Source: the human T2T-CHM13v2.0 reference genome, Homo sapiens
Assembly: GCF_009914755.1 (NCBI RefSeq)
Contig: NC_060926.1
Strand: one strand, 5' to 3'
DNA length: 64,000 nt
Below the pieces are notes generated by a model, which saw nothing but the letters and a program-made list of their open reading frames with translations, had not been told where the DNA came from and ran no database searches. This document shows, piece after piece, positions 1-14,335 of this stretch. The position numbers and the translations under genes are program-made. Every line of letters starts with the position of its first letter. Positions within the stretch are counted from its first letter, which is position 1.

Positions 1-280
<280 letters not shown>

Positions 281-474
281 TTAATATCCAAACTGTTACA
301 TGCTTCAAAAATATACATCCTCTTCTTTCTGCAACCCACCTCCTCTTTTATCTCACTTCCCTCAAATCAAAATTTCCATTTCTCTCACTGTAGGTCATCT
401 TAATAGCACAACATATTTATCCGTTCTACTGTTGGTGAGTATTTAGATTCCAATATTTTTGCAACTGCAAATAA

Positions 475-1495
<1,021 letters not shown>

Positions 1496-1859
1496 TCATT
1501 AATTAAAAATTTTTAAAAACAGGCCTGGTAAAATTTCAGCCAGCATCAAAAAATTAAAATATAAAACATTTCAGGCACTTAAAAAATACAAAGATATATT
1601 AATACTTTTTCCTCACTTCCCATCCCCTTCTACCTAATGGAAGTAGATGAGGGTAGATTAAGCAGTTGTGTCACATATATGTTTCAGCCCATCTTGGAGT
1701 TTGCTTATATGGGCTTCTCATATTTGATAACAGTAATAAGCACAATAATAGCAGTTAACATTTATTGCATGCTTAGCAGGTGTCAGGCTTAATGTAAGTG
1801 TATTATTACTCATGTAATTCCCATAACAATCCTATAAAGATGCATACTGCTATCCCTAT

Positions 1860-2157
1860 TTATTTATTTATTTGAGACAGGGTCTCACTCTGTCACTCAG
1901 GCTGGAGTGCAGTAGTGTGATCACAGCTGACTGCAGCCTCAAATTCCTGGGCTCAAGCAATCCTCCCACCTCTGTCTCCCAAATAGCTGAGACTACAGGT
2001 GCATACTACCATGCCTGGCTAATTTTTTGTATGTTTTTTTAGAGACAGGGTTTCATCATATTGCCCAGGCTGGTCTCAAACTCCTGGGCTCAAAACAACC
2101 TGCCCGCCTTGGCCTCTCAAAGTGCTGGAATTACAGGCACAAGCCACTGTGCCTGGC
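1860..2157 (-). mobile_element. AluJ inserted in a MIR
   Basis: AluJ-type sequence; TSD-like tccctattt; MIR core (aatgaggaaac) on the flank. Confidence 0.85.
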
Positions 2158-3145
2158 ATACTGTCCCTATTTAATAAATGAGGAAACAGAATGAGAGGAT
2201 GTTACATAATCAGTGGCCAGGCTCTTAACTACTCTCTCCCTCATAACTTCTAGTTCTGGACTCACAGATTCTCCATCATAAACAAGTGTTTTCATAACAA
2301 CTTTCATAAGGTGAGATAACAAGACATATATCCTTCTTCCTATTTTATATTTAGGTTTCTAATAGATTCATATAAGGGAATACTCTGCATAATAAATGTA
2401 AGTAATTATGTACTTCTAATTTGGCAATATAGGAAAAATTACAAGAGAATCAAATCAAGATATCTTCTGGAAGTAACATGGGAATAGTTAAGGTTAGCAT
2501 TACTGAAATTCTGTGAACTAAAGAATGTTAAAAACTGAGTCACTAGGATTGTAGTCTATATGGCTGCCTTACAATGCCTCATAAACCTGAAATATGTTAA
2601 CTGAGGAATGTTTTTTCAAGGCTGAAAATTGAAGAAAGTTTATTCCATTACTTTGGTTGCTATAAGAACTTAAGCATATTTTCATATTATTCTACTTGAG
2701 TCCAGCCTGTATTCCTTATAAAATTTTAAATGTTACAAAGGAAAAAGGAGGATAAATTTAGAATTCTGAAAATAAAATCCATTGATACATACCATTCTAC
2801 AGAATGCAGGAGCTTGAAGGCTTCTCAGAAATACATGAAGATACTCACTTTATTAAAGGGAAAACTGAGTCCCAAATAAACTTGTATCAAATCTCAAGGA
2901 CAGTAAAGATCAGATTTCACAATGGCCATTAGTGGACATTAATCTGAATCCTTAACCTTCACAAATCTGTTTCTATAAAATTCTAATAATTATTTATTAT
3001 TTCTGTTGAGTTCTATTTTCTCAGATTTTGTTCCTATAATAATGTACAGGAAAATATACACTTAAGACCTTAATTTTTATTTCTCTGTACCTAATCCTCA
3101 GTAGAAAGACTATCTTCTATGTGAGAGGAAACATCAAACATTTTA

Positions 3146-3430
3146 GCTGAGTGCAGTGGCTCACACACACTGTAATCCCAGCACTTTGGGAGGCCAAGAT
3201 CAGTGGATTAATGTAAGCTTAGGAGTTTGAGACCAGCCTGGGAAACATGGCTTAACCCTGTCTCTACTGAAAACAAATTAGCTGAGCATGGTGGTGTATG
3301 CCTACAGTCCCAGCTATTCAGGAGGCTGAGGTGGAAGGATCACCTGAGCCGGGGAGGTCAGGACTGCAGTGAACAGTGATTGTGCCTGGCTGACAGAGTG
3401 AGACCCTGTCTCCACAAAAAAAAAAAAAAT
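3146..3430 (+). mobile_element. AluJ
   Basis: Diverged Alu dimer with poly(A). Confidence 0.85.
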
Positions 3431-4274
3431 TGTCCTGAGACTCTGAGGTTCTTCCTTTGGGGACAATGTAAGAATACCTAAGACTTCTACCAGCTCTCCA
3501 GAAATTCTAGATCCCTGTACTATCTCACTGGTTAAGGAAAGGCAGAGAAAGCACTCCCCATCACTCTGGATACCAATCAGAGACCCAGGGAAGAAGAAAA
3601 TGGTGGTTTTTATCACTGCCCATTTCCTAAATATCTGACAAGACCCTTGAGGCCACCCATCCCAGCATAAAAGCATCAGCGCTGCCACTGAAGACAGGCA
3701 AATCATCTTGAATCTGTCTTAAAAAGAATTCACAGCAGTAGCAAAATTACATCACTTTCCTAAGGATGAAGAAATGTGAAGGATGCAGACTCAGGGTGCC
3801 AAAGATTGCAAAACAAGCTTCAGATATGGCCTGTAGGAAAATTGCTAGGGGCAAGAGAGGTGGGTGAATAGAAAAGTAAGCAGCAGAAAAACTGAGGAGG
3901 AGAAATGAGTTGAGACTTTTAAATTCAATGTTTTTAATAAGCTAAATGAAATATTCCCCAATTACAAATATTAAGGAAACCTCCAGGGAGAGCTATATCA
4001 ATAGACACATGCAACACTGCAAAATATCTTCTTTTGAAATGCAATTTTTCAAAATTCAAGAGCAAATTTTCACAGATGTATAGGCTACAAAAAATAAAAT
4101 TAAATTCAGTAAGAGCTCTTTAAATATTTCAATGTCTCTTAATTTTATTAAAAAATTTTTCACACTTTCCTTTTATTAAACATAATTTTATAAAATTTTA
4201 TTTTTTTAAAATCACTGAATTGAAATAAATCCATCTATTTTTAAAGGATCTGAGACCTCCTAATGGAAATAAAC

Positions 4275-4578
4275 TTTTTTCTTTTTTTTTTTAAGACAGA
4301 GTCTCACTCTGTTGCCCAAGCTGGAGTGTAGTAGCACAGTCACGCTCACTGCAACCTCAACTTCCTGGGCTCAGGTGATTCTCCCTCCTCAGCCTCCCAA
4401 GTAGCTAGGACTACAGGCACACGCCATCACGCCTGGCTAATTTTTTGCATTTTTTTTTTGTAGAGATGGAGTTTTGCCATGTTGCCCAGGCTGGTCTGGA
4501 ACTTCTGGGCTCAAGCAATCTGCCTGCCTCAGGCTCCCAAATTGCTGGCATTACAGGCATAAGCCACTGTACCCAGCC
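4275..4578 (-). mobile_element. AluJ
   Basis: TSD tggaaataaacttt on both sides. Confidence 0.88.
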
Positions 4579-5039
4579 TGGAAATAAACTTTGATGGCAG
4601 CAGATAAAAGAGTTTTTCTGATACAAAAGAAGCTAAATTGCAATGAGTTACAACATATTTTAATCTGTAGGAAGCTTTATTACACATCAAGCAAACAGTT
4701 AAAGTATTAATACAAAATGCAGATATAATGGTTTCTTTTCCATTTTCAATTTACTTCAACCTGACTACAAAATGTTCTTGTTCCTTATGTAAAGTAGAAC
4801 TGTAAATTCTAATTAGTTTCACAGGCAGAATCATCATTCCATGGAGCTCAAGTAGAAGAAAGGTTTCCTAACCAAGTCTTCCCAAAGCGAACTACACTTA
4901 AACATATCTTGATGTTTCATTAACACATTTGGTGAAGGTGAACAATAACAGCAAGCCAACCCTGGCTACTCACCAATGTGGCAGCAATGAAGAAAGAGCA
5001 GACATAGCCTCTTTCTATAGCATGCACATTTAGTAACTG

Positions 5040-5060
5040 TCTCTCTCTCTCTCTCTCTCT
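5040..5060. repeat. (CT)n microsatellite
   Basis: Direct reading. Confidence 0.9.
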
Positions 5061-5641
5061 GTATCCTGTCTTCTTTATCCATGCCCTCCCCACGTCGCCT
5101 TGCCTAGTATGGCATCACACTCTCCTAGAGAATTATGAGGAACACAGGTTCCATGTCTATTAGAGCAGGAAAGTACCAGGAGGACAATGACTGGCCCTCC
5201 TAACCCTTACCCACACACAAAAGCAATGTGATCATCTGCTACCACTGAAACTTCCTAAGTGCTATAGAAGTAGAAGTTTCAACTTAAAACGAGATTTATT
5301 AAAAACTGTTCCATTCCACTCTTCAAGGTAATTTCATGGATTTTCTTTTTCTTACCAAGATAGTATTTGTAAAATCAGAAATGGGATTGTATTAATTTTA
5401 TAGGACTCAGAAGCTACTGTTTTAATCATTCTTAACATTTATAAAAACCAAAAGTAATATTTATCAAAAATGTAATTAACAGTCAGGGTTTTCTTTCTGG
5501 TTTCACTAATTACTTTTTTTTTCCTGGCTGTAATCTGTAAGGCACAATCCCAGTGAATGACTTATTTAATTGGAGGGAAGTTTTTTAATTTTAGAAACCC
5601 TATAAATATCAGTTTAATGATACAAAGTAAACCTAACACTA

Positions 5642-6122
<481 letters not shown>

Positions 6123-6264
6123 CTATAAAGGTAATCTTTAAGCTAAGTAAAGTCTTTCTCTGGAAAGTAATTTTTAATTTTTACAGCATTCAGAAGCTGT
6201 CAGCTCCTATTTAGTCTACTAGTTCAGCATTTTTTTAAGGTGATCATATTTATGAGATTACTCA

Positions 6265-6354
<90 letters not shown>

Positions 6355-6828
6355 TCAGGAAAAATATAGGAAAGAATTGTTAGACACTGACAAACTCCTC
6401 ACGCCAAAATCATCTTTTCTCAAAAAAAAAAAACAAAAAACCGTGAACTATAGTTTAAAATCATTACTTCCCTATTTACACAGATCATTTTAGTGAAATA
6501 AAAACCTTTTAACTCTGTTTTCATCAACAAAAAGCAAAAGACTCCAGAGAAATAATGTGGAGTGCATGAATTTGGTAAGACTCCAGTGATAGATATTAAA
6601 ATCAAATAATTATTGCCAGAAGCAAAAGTATAGAGATTGACTGTCCCTACCCACTAAATGTGTCCCCAAGGATACCTATCTAAAGGACAGGCGCAAAGTA
6701 TCTGGGAAGGATACACATAAATCTGATAAATACTGGTTGCCTCGAAGGAAAGGAACAAGGGTATGAGGGAGACTTTTTTTTTTTTCCAACGATATGTTCT
6801 TTCCAACCCTTTGAGTTTTGACCCATTT

Positions 6829-7259
6829 TTAGGCAGGAGAATAGGGTCTGGAGACAGGCAGCCTTCACTTCAGCCTCTGATTGGTCATGGGCCAAGTCTT
6901 CATTTGCGTAGGATGTAACTTCAGCCTCTGATTGGTTGTAGGCTGAGCCTTCACTTCAGCCTCCAATTGATCACGGGCTGAGCCTTCACTTTGGCCTCCG
7001 ATTGGTTGTGGGCCAAGTCTTCATTTATATAGGGTGTAACCGATAGGAAACCTCTAATGGGTACTTAAACCCCAGAAGATTTGCAACTAGGGCTCTTGAG
7101 CTGCTTGCTCAAGCCTGCTCCTGATCTGTGGAGTATACTTTTGCTTCAATACATCTATGCTTTTGTCTTCTATTGCTTTGTTTGTGCGTTTTGTCCAATT
7201 CTTTGTTCAATATGCCAAGAAACTGGACAACTTGTAGTCAAGACCCTCCACTGGTAACA
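6829..7259 (+). mobile_element. 5' LTR, MER51-like
   Basis: Begins (tt)aggcaggagaatagggtctggag, ends ggtaaca; repeated cttcacttcagcctctgattgg units; homologous to 54683-55293. Confidence 0.85.
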
Positions 7260-7264
7260 TATCT

Positions 7265-7282
7265 TGGCAAGTCAGCCAGGAG
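7265..7282 (+). promoter_or_regulatory. Primer-binding site complementary to tRNA-Arg(ACG), followed by splice donor AG|GTAAG
   Basis: TGGCAAGTCAGCCAGGAG vs expected TGGCGAGCCAGCCAGGAG (16/18), 5 nt after the LTR end. Confidence 0.8.
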
Positions 7283-8523
7283 GTAAGCCCAAATTTGGGG
7301 ATTTATTTTTCTTTGCTTTGCTTTTGCTCTTTTTCTTTTCCTCTCTATTGAGCCTTCATTTGCGGGCACAGGCTAGAGCTATCTCCATGCAGAGCTCCCT
7401 ACACTCCACAGAGGGGAACCCTTTCTGCTCTCTTTCCCTTTTCCAATACGGGACCCTCCACAGACAGCATCTAAGCATGAAGGCAACTGCAGGTCTCTGG
7501 CCAGGTCCACTCTCCCGGGAGACTGAAAGGTATCCATGTGGAAGCACCTGACCACCATTGCCTGGTTTGGGTGAGGGACCTGAGTCCTTTTCTTTTTTTC
7601 AGTCTTTCAGAGGCTGTTTCCTAGTAGATCCTTGGTAATTGAGGGCAACTAGCCAGAGCCACTCTCTGGTGTTACCTGAAGGCCAAGAAGTGAATGGGGA
7701 TAGCTGCCCTGCCCAGAATGGGGAAGTACTCTTTTCTATCTTTCCTAGTTAAAGTCCCTAATCCCTACATGTGACGAAATTGGCAGTGGCAGCTCTTCCA
7801 GAACAAACTCACAGATGTTTCAGTCAACTTAAGCCCTCTTTTCTTATGTCAAATTCTCCTAAAGAGTTAGCTTGTAATGGCAAAGGATATCTCTTAGATG
7901 TTTTGACTTCCCTTATCCTACTCAATCTATTCAACTTGCTGAGGACTTTTGGGGCCCACAATCTTTAGAATACATTCTACATCTTGTTTCTTTTGTCATC
8001 ACCAGATTATTTTTATAGAATGGCCTGCCCTTACACAGGGTCCACTGTCATGGTGGTGGATTTTTAAACATTCCCTCTCTTGTCGAGGGCCTGAGTGGAA
8101 TAGCCAACACTATTATTTCATTTTTCATGCCCAAAATCTACCTTTCCCCCCTTGAGATTACCTGTAATCCACATGACAAAAGAAATCCATCCAACCTCTA
8201 GTTCCTATTATTAAAGTTCATGGCTATCACTCCAGTGGAACAGGAAACCATGGCCTTATCAAATTATATGGATGCTAGAAGACAAGGCCTTCATCCAGGG
8301 ACAAAAGGAAAGCTCACAGTGGGTCATCAGTGGTGGAGAGAACCTTCCCAAAGTGGTACCATCACCCATCTAAGGTCAGAGACATCTGACAGACTAAGAT
8401 GGGGCCCTAAAGGGGGACACCCCTGAGGACCCCAATCAAGGCCCAGAGTTTTTCCAGGGGGATGCCCCAGGTAAAATTTGAGTCACCAAATAAGCTAGGT
8501 TCTCTTCTTTCTTCTAGACCTCT

Positions 8524-9580
8524 ATGGGCAACTCTCCATCCATTCCACCTGATTCCCCACTTGGCTGCATTCTCAACCACTGGAATCAATTTGACCCTGA
8601 CAATCTAAGGAGAAAACATCTGATTTTTTTTAACCATAATACTGTATGGCCCCAAAATTAGCTAGACAGCCAGGAATAATGGGGAGTCAATGGAAGTCTT
8701 AATTACAACACCATCCTGCAATTAGACCTATTTTGCAAAAGGCAGTGTAAATGGTCAGAAATCCCATATGTGCAGGCCTTCATGGCCCTATATCAAAACC
8801 CAACCATCTGCAAAACTCCCAGAACCTGCCCCCAAAAGGGCAGGTTCTAAGGCAGAACCGGATATTGTGGATGACCTCCTTTTTGCAAGGGCCACCTGTC
8901 TCTCAGGGGCAATGGCAACCACCCCCATATAACCCCTTGCCAAGTGTTTCTGAGGCTCAAACCCAAGAGCTAAAACCAAGGGCCCTGCTAAGTCCCCTCA
9001 CATTCAGAGGGGAACACTCTATTCAACTACCTCTATAGCCCTGCTATCCCTTAGGGAAGCAGCAGGAGCCGAGGGGCTGGTCTGAGTGTAGGTCCCCTTC
9101 TCCATAAATAACATACAACAATGTAAAGAAAAAGCTAGGAAGCTATTCAGAGAACCCCAGAAAATTTGCAGATAGGTTCCAAGCTTTGACCTTAGCCTTT
9201 CATCTCTCATAGAGAGACGTTCAATTCATTCCAGCAACTTGTTGCACCCCGTTGGAAAAGGAAGGAATCTTTGAGGCCACTTGCCGAGAAGCAGACAATT
9301 TATTTGCCCAAAACCCTCAGGGTAATTGCCCAGGCCCAGACACAGTCTCCGCTACTGATCCTAACTGGGACTATAACACCCCCATGGGAATGAACAACTG
9401 GGCCAAATTTCTTAAGGCTCTCCTTGGAGGAATGAAAAAGGGAATAACTAAGGCAGTAAATTATGATAAAGTAAGGGAGGTTGCACAGGGCAAGGAGGAA
9501 AATCTAGCCGTGTTTTATGGCAGGCTGGAGGAAGCCTTTAGAAAATATACCAATCTGGACCCTTTCTCTCCTGAAGGCAG
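8524..9580 (+). pseudogene. gag: Gammaretrovirus-like gag relic (MA to CA), with frameshifts and stops
   Basis: MGNSPSIPPDSPLGCILNHW start, LNYNTILQLDLFCKR, PPPY late domain, DPNWDYN, major homology region VAQGKEENLAVFYGRLEEA (ORF 9252..9653). Confidence 0.9.
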
Positions 9581-9942
9581 TGTTGAGCCCTCTTTTGTTC
9601 CTAGTATTACTACCTTCAGTATGAACTCTCTTGTTAGTTATTACTCCGTTTAGAAGTTTGTACATTTTACTGACTACTTTATAGAAACAAATAATCTATA
9701 TTGCATCATTTTCAAGCCCACAGAAATGTATAAGCCCTATAATCTTGACACTTTTCAATTATGTTTAACGTTACAAGCATGTAAAACACTGCTGATATAT
9801 GTAAGAATATGTATAAATACCACTAGATAGCTTATTTTGAAGAGATATTCTCTAAATTTTTGTTCACAGTAGATTGACTGCAGTTTCTTAGGTGTGTTTC
9901 TCAATATACTCTCTCAATGTTTTAAAGCATAAAGAAATTTGA

Positions 9943-10282
<340 letters not shown>

Positions 10283-10590
10283 AGGTTGTTTAATATTTCT
10301 GAGGATTAAAGACATCATGGCTCCCTTTAAGATTCAGTAATATTAATAAAATGTGAGATATATAGGGTTAGAATCCAACACATTGAGAGGAAAACTGTTA
10401 AATTATATAGCTGTAGAGCAGGAAATGAAACCCAGGTTGTAAGCTCTGAGGGGGCAGGAAACCTGTTGGTGAAGTACACCATGAGCTACCACACAAGTGC
10501 ATCAGTGACTGAGCAGCGAGCTGCGTAGCCTAGCTCTATGTGAACGTGAATTTTTAAACTGCGTTGTGCCTCAGTTTATCCATCTTTACA

Positions 10591-11470
<880 letters not shown>

Positions 11471-11479
11471 ATTGGCTTA

Positions 11480-12667
11480 AGAGCTACACCCTAGAGATTA
11501 ACCCTTCACATGATCATGTAAGCTATGCAGTTGCCCAGACTGCATCATTTGGTAAACCTGTATGGTTTCAAGGAAACCATTCCTAGTTCAAGGCACTTTA
11601 AAGGATACACAGTCTAAGTACTGCCAAGATAGGCCCAGTAGCTGTGTTCATATTTTCCCTTGGGAAAAACCATACTAATCCTGAGACATCTAGTTGTCTT
11701 TTGGTTCCCCAGTATGAAAATACCTCTAGGTGGTTGCTGGTGGACACTAAGTGCAACTACCTCCACTGGAAAAATGCTGCTGGGGCAACTCAGGATACTT
11801 CCCAAGGTCCTTTCCAGCCTTTAACCAGGGCCACCTTAGCAGGGACCTTAATCACTTGGGAAAATGAAAACAACAAACTAACCCATATGTTCACCATAGA
11901 CAACAATTTTTGTCTTAAAAAACAAAGATCCTTTCTCCTGTGTGGAACTAGTTGTACTTATGTTTATCAGCCAACTGGATTGGAAGCTGTACACTTGTAT
12001 ATTTACCCCCTTAAAATCAACATAGCTCCCAATAACCAGTCTCTCATTATACCTCTAACTGCAACTACCAAGCACAAATGAGCCATCCAACTCATACCCC
12101 TTTTGGTAGGGCTAGGAATAACTGCAGGAATAGCAATAGGAGTTAGCAGGCTTCCAACTTCCCTATCCTATTACCAATGCTCATCCAAGGATCTTCCAGA
12201 CAGCTTGGAAGACACTGCCCAAAGTATTGTCACCTTACAAAATCAAACAGACTCCTTGGCAGCAGTCACTGTACAAAATAGAAGGAGACTGGATCTCCTA
12301 ACTGCTCAAAAAGATGGCTTATGTCTTTTCCTATAAGAATGTTGTTTTTATATCAACCAATCAGGATTAGTAGGGATGCCACTCGAAAATTAGCTGACAG
12401 GACTTCTAAAATATAACAACAGCTGTCCACATCATAGGGCTCCTGGTCAAGGGCACCAAGCTGGGCTTCATGGCTCCTTCCCTTGGCCAGCCCATTGTTA
12501 ATAATTATACTTGCATTGACTTTTTGGACCATGTTTGTTCATCTTTTTACCAGATTATTTCTTCTCACCTAGAGACGATTAAGCTTCAAATGATCATGCA
12601 GCAGGGCTTCCAGTTCCAGATGATGATGCCTGCCCTGGCCATCAAGAAGTCACCCTATCTCCACTAG
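11480..12667 (+). pseudogene. env: env relic (SU C-terminus and TM)
   Basis: FLLCG motif; cleavage site broken by TGA (12079-12081); fusion peptide AIQLIPLLVGLGI; ISD-like VQNRRRLDLLTA; CLFL..ECCFYINQSG (CX6CC); several stops. Confidence 0.88.
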
Positions 12668-12806
12668 ACAGAGCAGTGCTAGAGTTCCATGGTCCCCAAT
12701 AGGTAGGGACTGTGCCCCAATCAGCATGAAGTAGTTACAGAAGAAAGACTATTGGTCCCTCTGCCTCCCATAAAGATTTATGAAGATCACGTCTCTCAGG
12801 GGGAAA

Positions 12807-12950
12807 TGAGGCAGAAGAACAGTCTATTTGAATAGTTTAGAATATAAATTCCAAGAGAAAAAGACAAGCAGATGTAACAGAGGAGAAGAAAGAAACACAG
12901 GGTCTGGACACAGGGAGCCTTCACTTCAGTCTCCGACTGGTCACAGGCCA
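12807..12950 (+). mobile_element. 3' LTR remnant, interrupted and truncated
   Basis: PPT agggggaaa then tgaggcagaagaacag; LTR resumes at ggtctggacacagggagccttcacttcag and stops at 12950. Confidence 0.85.
12825..12901 (-). repeat. Inverted copy of 13252-13330
   Basis: Manual alignment: 2 substitutions, 2 short indels. Confidence 0.92.
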
Positions 12951-13070
12951 GGCTGGTCTCAAACTTTTGACCTCAGATGATCTACCCACCTTGGCCTCCC
13001 AAAGTGCTGGGATTACAGGCGTGAGCCACTGGGCCCAGCCTCTTTCCCACTTTATGAACCCTATCACAAC
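12946..13070 (-). repeat. Perfect inverted copy of 11064-11188 (Alu 5' part plus 30 nt unique flank)
   Basis: 125/125 by manual alignment; also visible as identical peptides in ORFs 11058+ and 12921-. Confidence 0.95.
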
Positions 13071-13250
13071 CCTTCTCTTCTCTGTCAGATTGCTTTCTTC
13101 TCCCATTTCACTCTCTCATGCATCTCAACCCCTTATTCCTATCTCACCTCACTCCCGCCTTCTCTTCCCTCCCCTTTCCTTCCCTTTCTTTCTTCTCTCC
13201 CTTGTTCTCTCCTTTCCCCTCCCTCCATCTTCTTCTCCCTCTGTCTGTCT
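13071..13250. repeat. CT-rich low-complexity tract
   Basis: Direct reading. Confidence 0.8.
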
Positions 13251-13431
13251 TCCTGTGTTTCTTTCCTCTCCTTTGTTACATCTGCTTGTCTTTCTTGGAA
13301 TTTATATTCTGAATATAAACTATTCAAATACATGGAAAAAACTCATGTTAGAATGAACTAAAAGGACACCACTGCTTTACATTTTAGAACTACTCTATAA
13401 TAAATATCATGAAGAATTATTGAAATACTTA

Positions 13432-13566
<135 letters not shown>

Positions 13567-14176
13567 TTAATATATAACAAAGTTCTACCTTCACCAACTA
13601 TAATATAACCTGAAAGCTATAGGCATTTTAGTATCATTTTTAAAATCTAAAATTGAATTTAAATATTTAAGTTCAACTATACAAGAATATGCATTTCTGA
13701 AGGCTGGTAAAAGATAAAATGTTAAGATGATAAAACAGCAAAACAGATGAATTAACTTCAAGAATAAAACAATCTCTTTAGAATCTCCTCTTATCTTGCT
13801 TATTCACTTTGTTCTCCAGAGTTATAATACAAAAAAAGTGGGTGTTCTCCAGTCATTCAAAACATCCTAATACCACTCACCAAAAGGAGTAGGCTTGCTC
13901 ATCTTTCTGTGGCAACTCCTTCCTAGTACAAACAAGCTGCTGCCACACTGCCACTGACCTGTTTGACAGATTGGGTCAAGGTTCTTTTCAAAACTGTCAA
14001 AGCCACTTTTCCATTCCTGACCTCAGTATCACATTAAATCCACCTGGATTTTTGGAGCCCAAGTAAAGCATACATACACATGGTAACATACTTTCTAGAT
14101 CTGGCTTTAGAGTGGTAAGCTTAGATCAACATCATGCCTCAGTGAAGAAAAGTGAAAATGCTGAGATTCTTATTTA

Positions 14177-14335
<159 letters not shown>

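Noticed and set aside
9252-9653. 133-aa capsid ORF as a functional gag-derived gene
   Set aside because: No ATG at the listed start (TTG), upstream gag has stops and frameshifts, and the C-terminus runs into unrelated sequence
11644-12667. Possible domesticated env (syncytin-like) gene
   Set aside because: Broken into several short frames; stop at the cleavage site and before the CC motif; no signal peptide or intact SU
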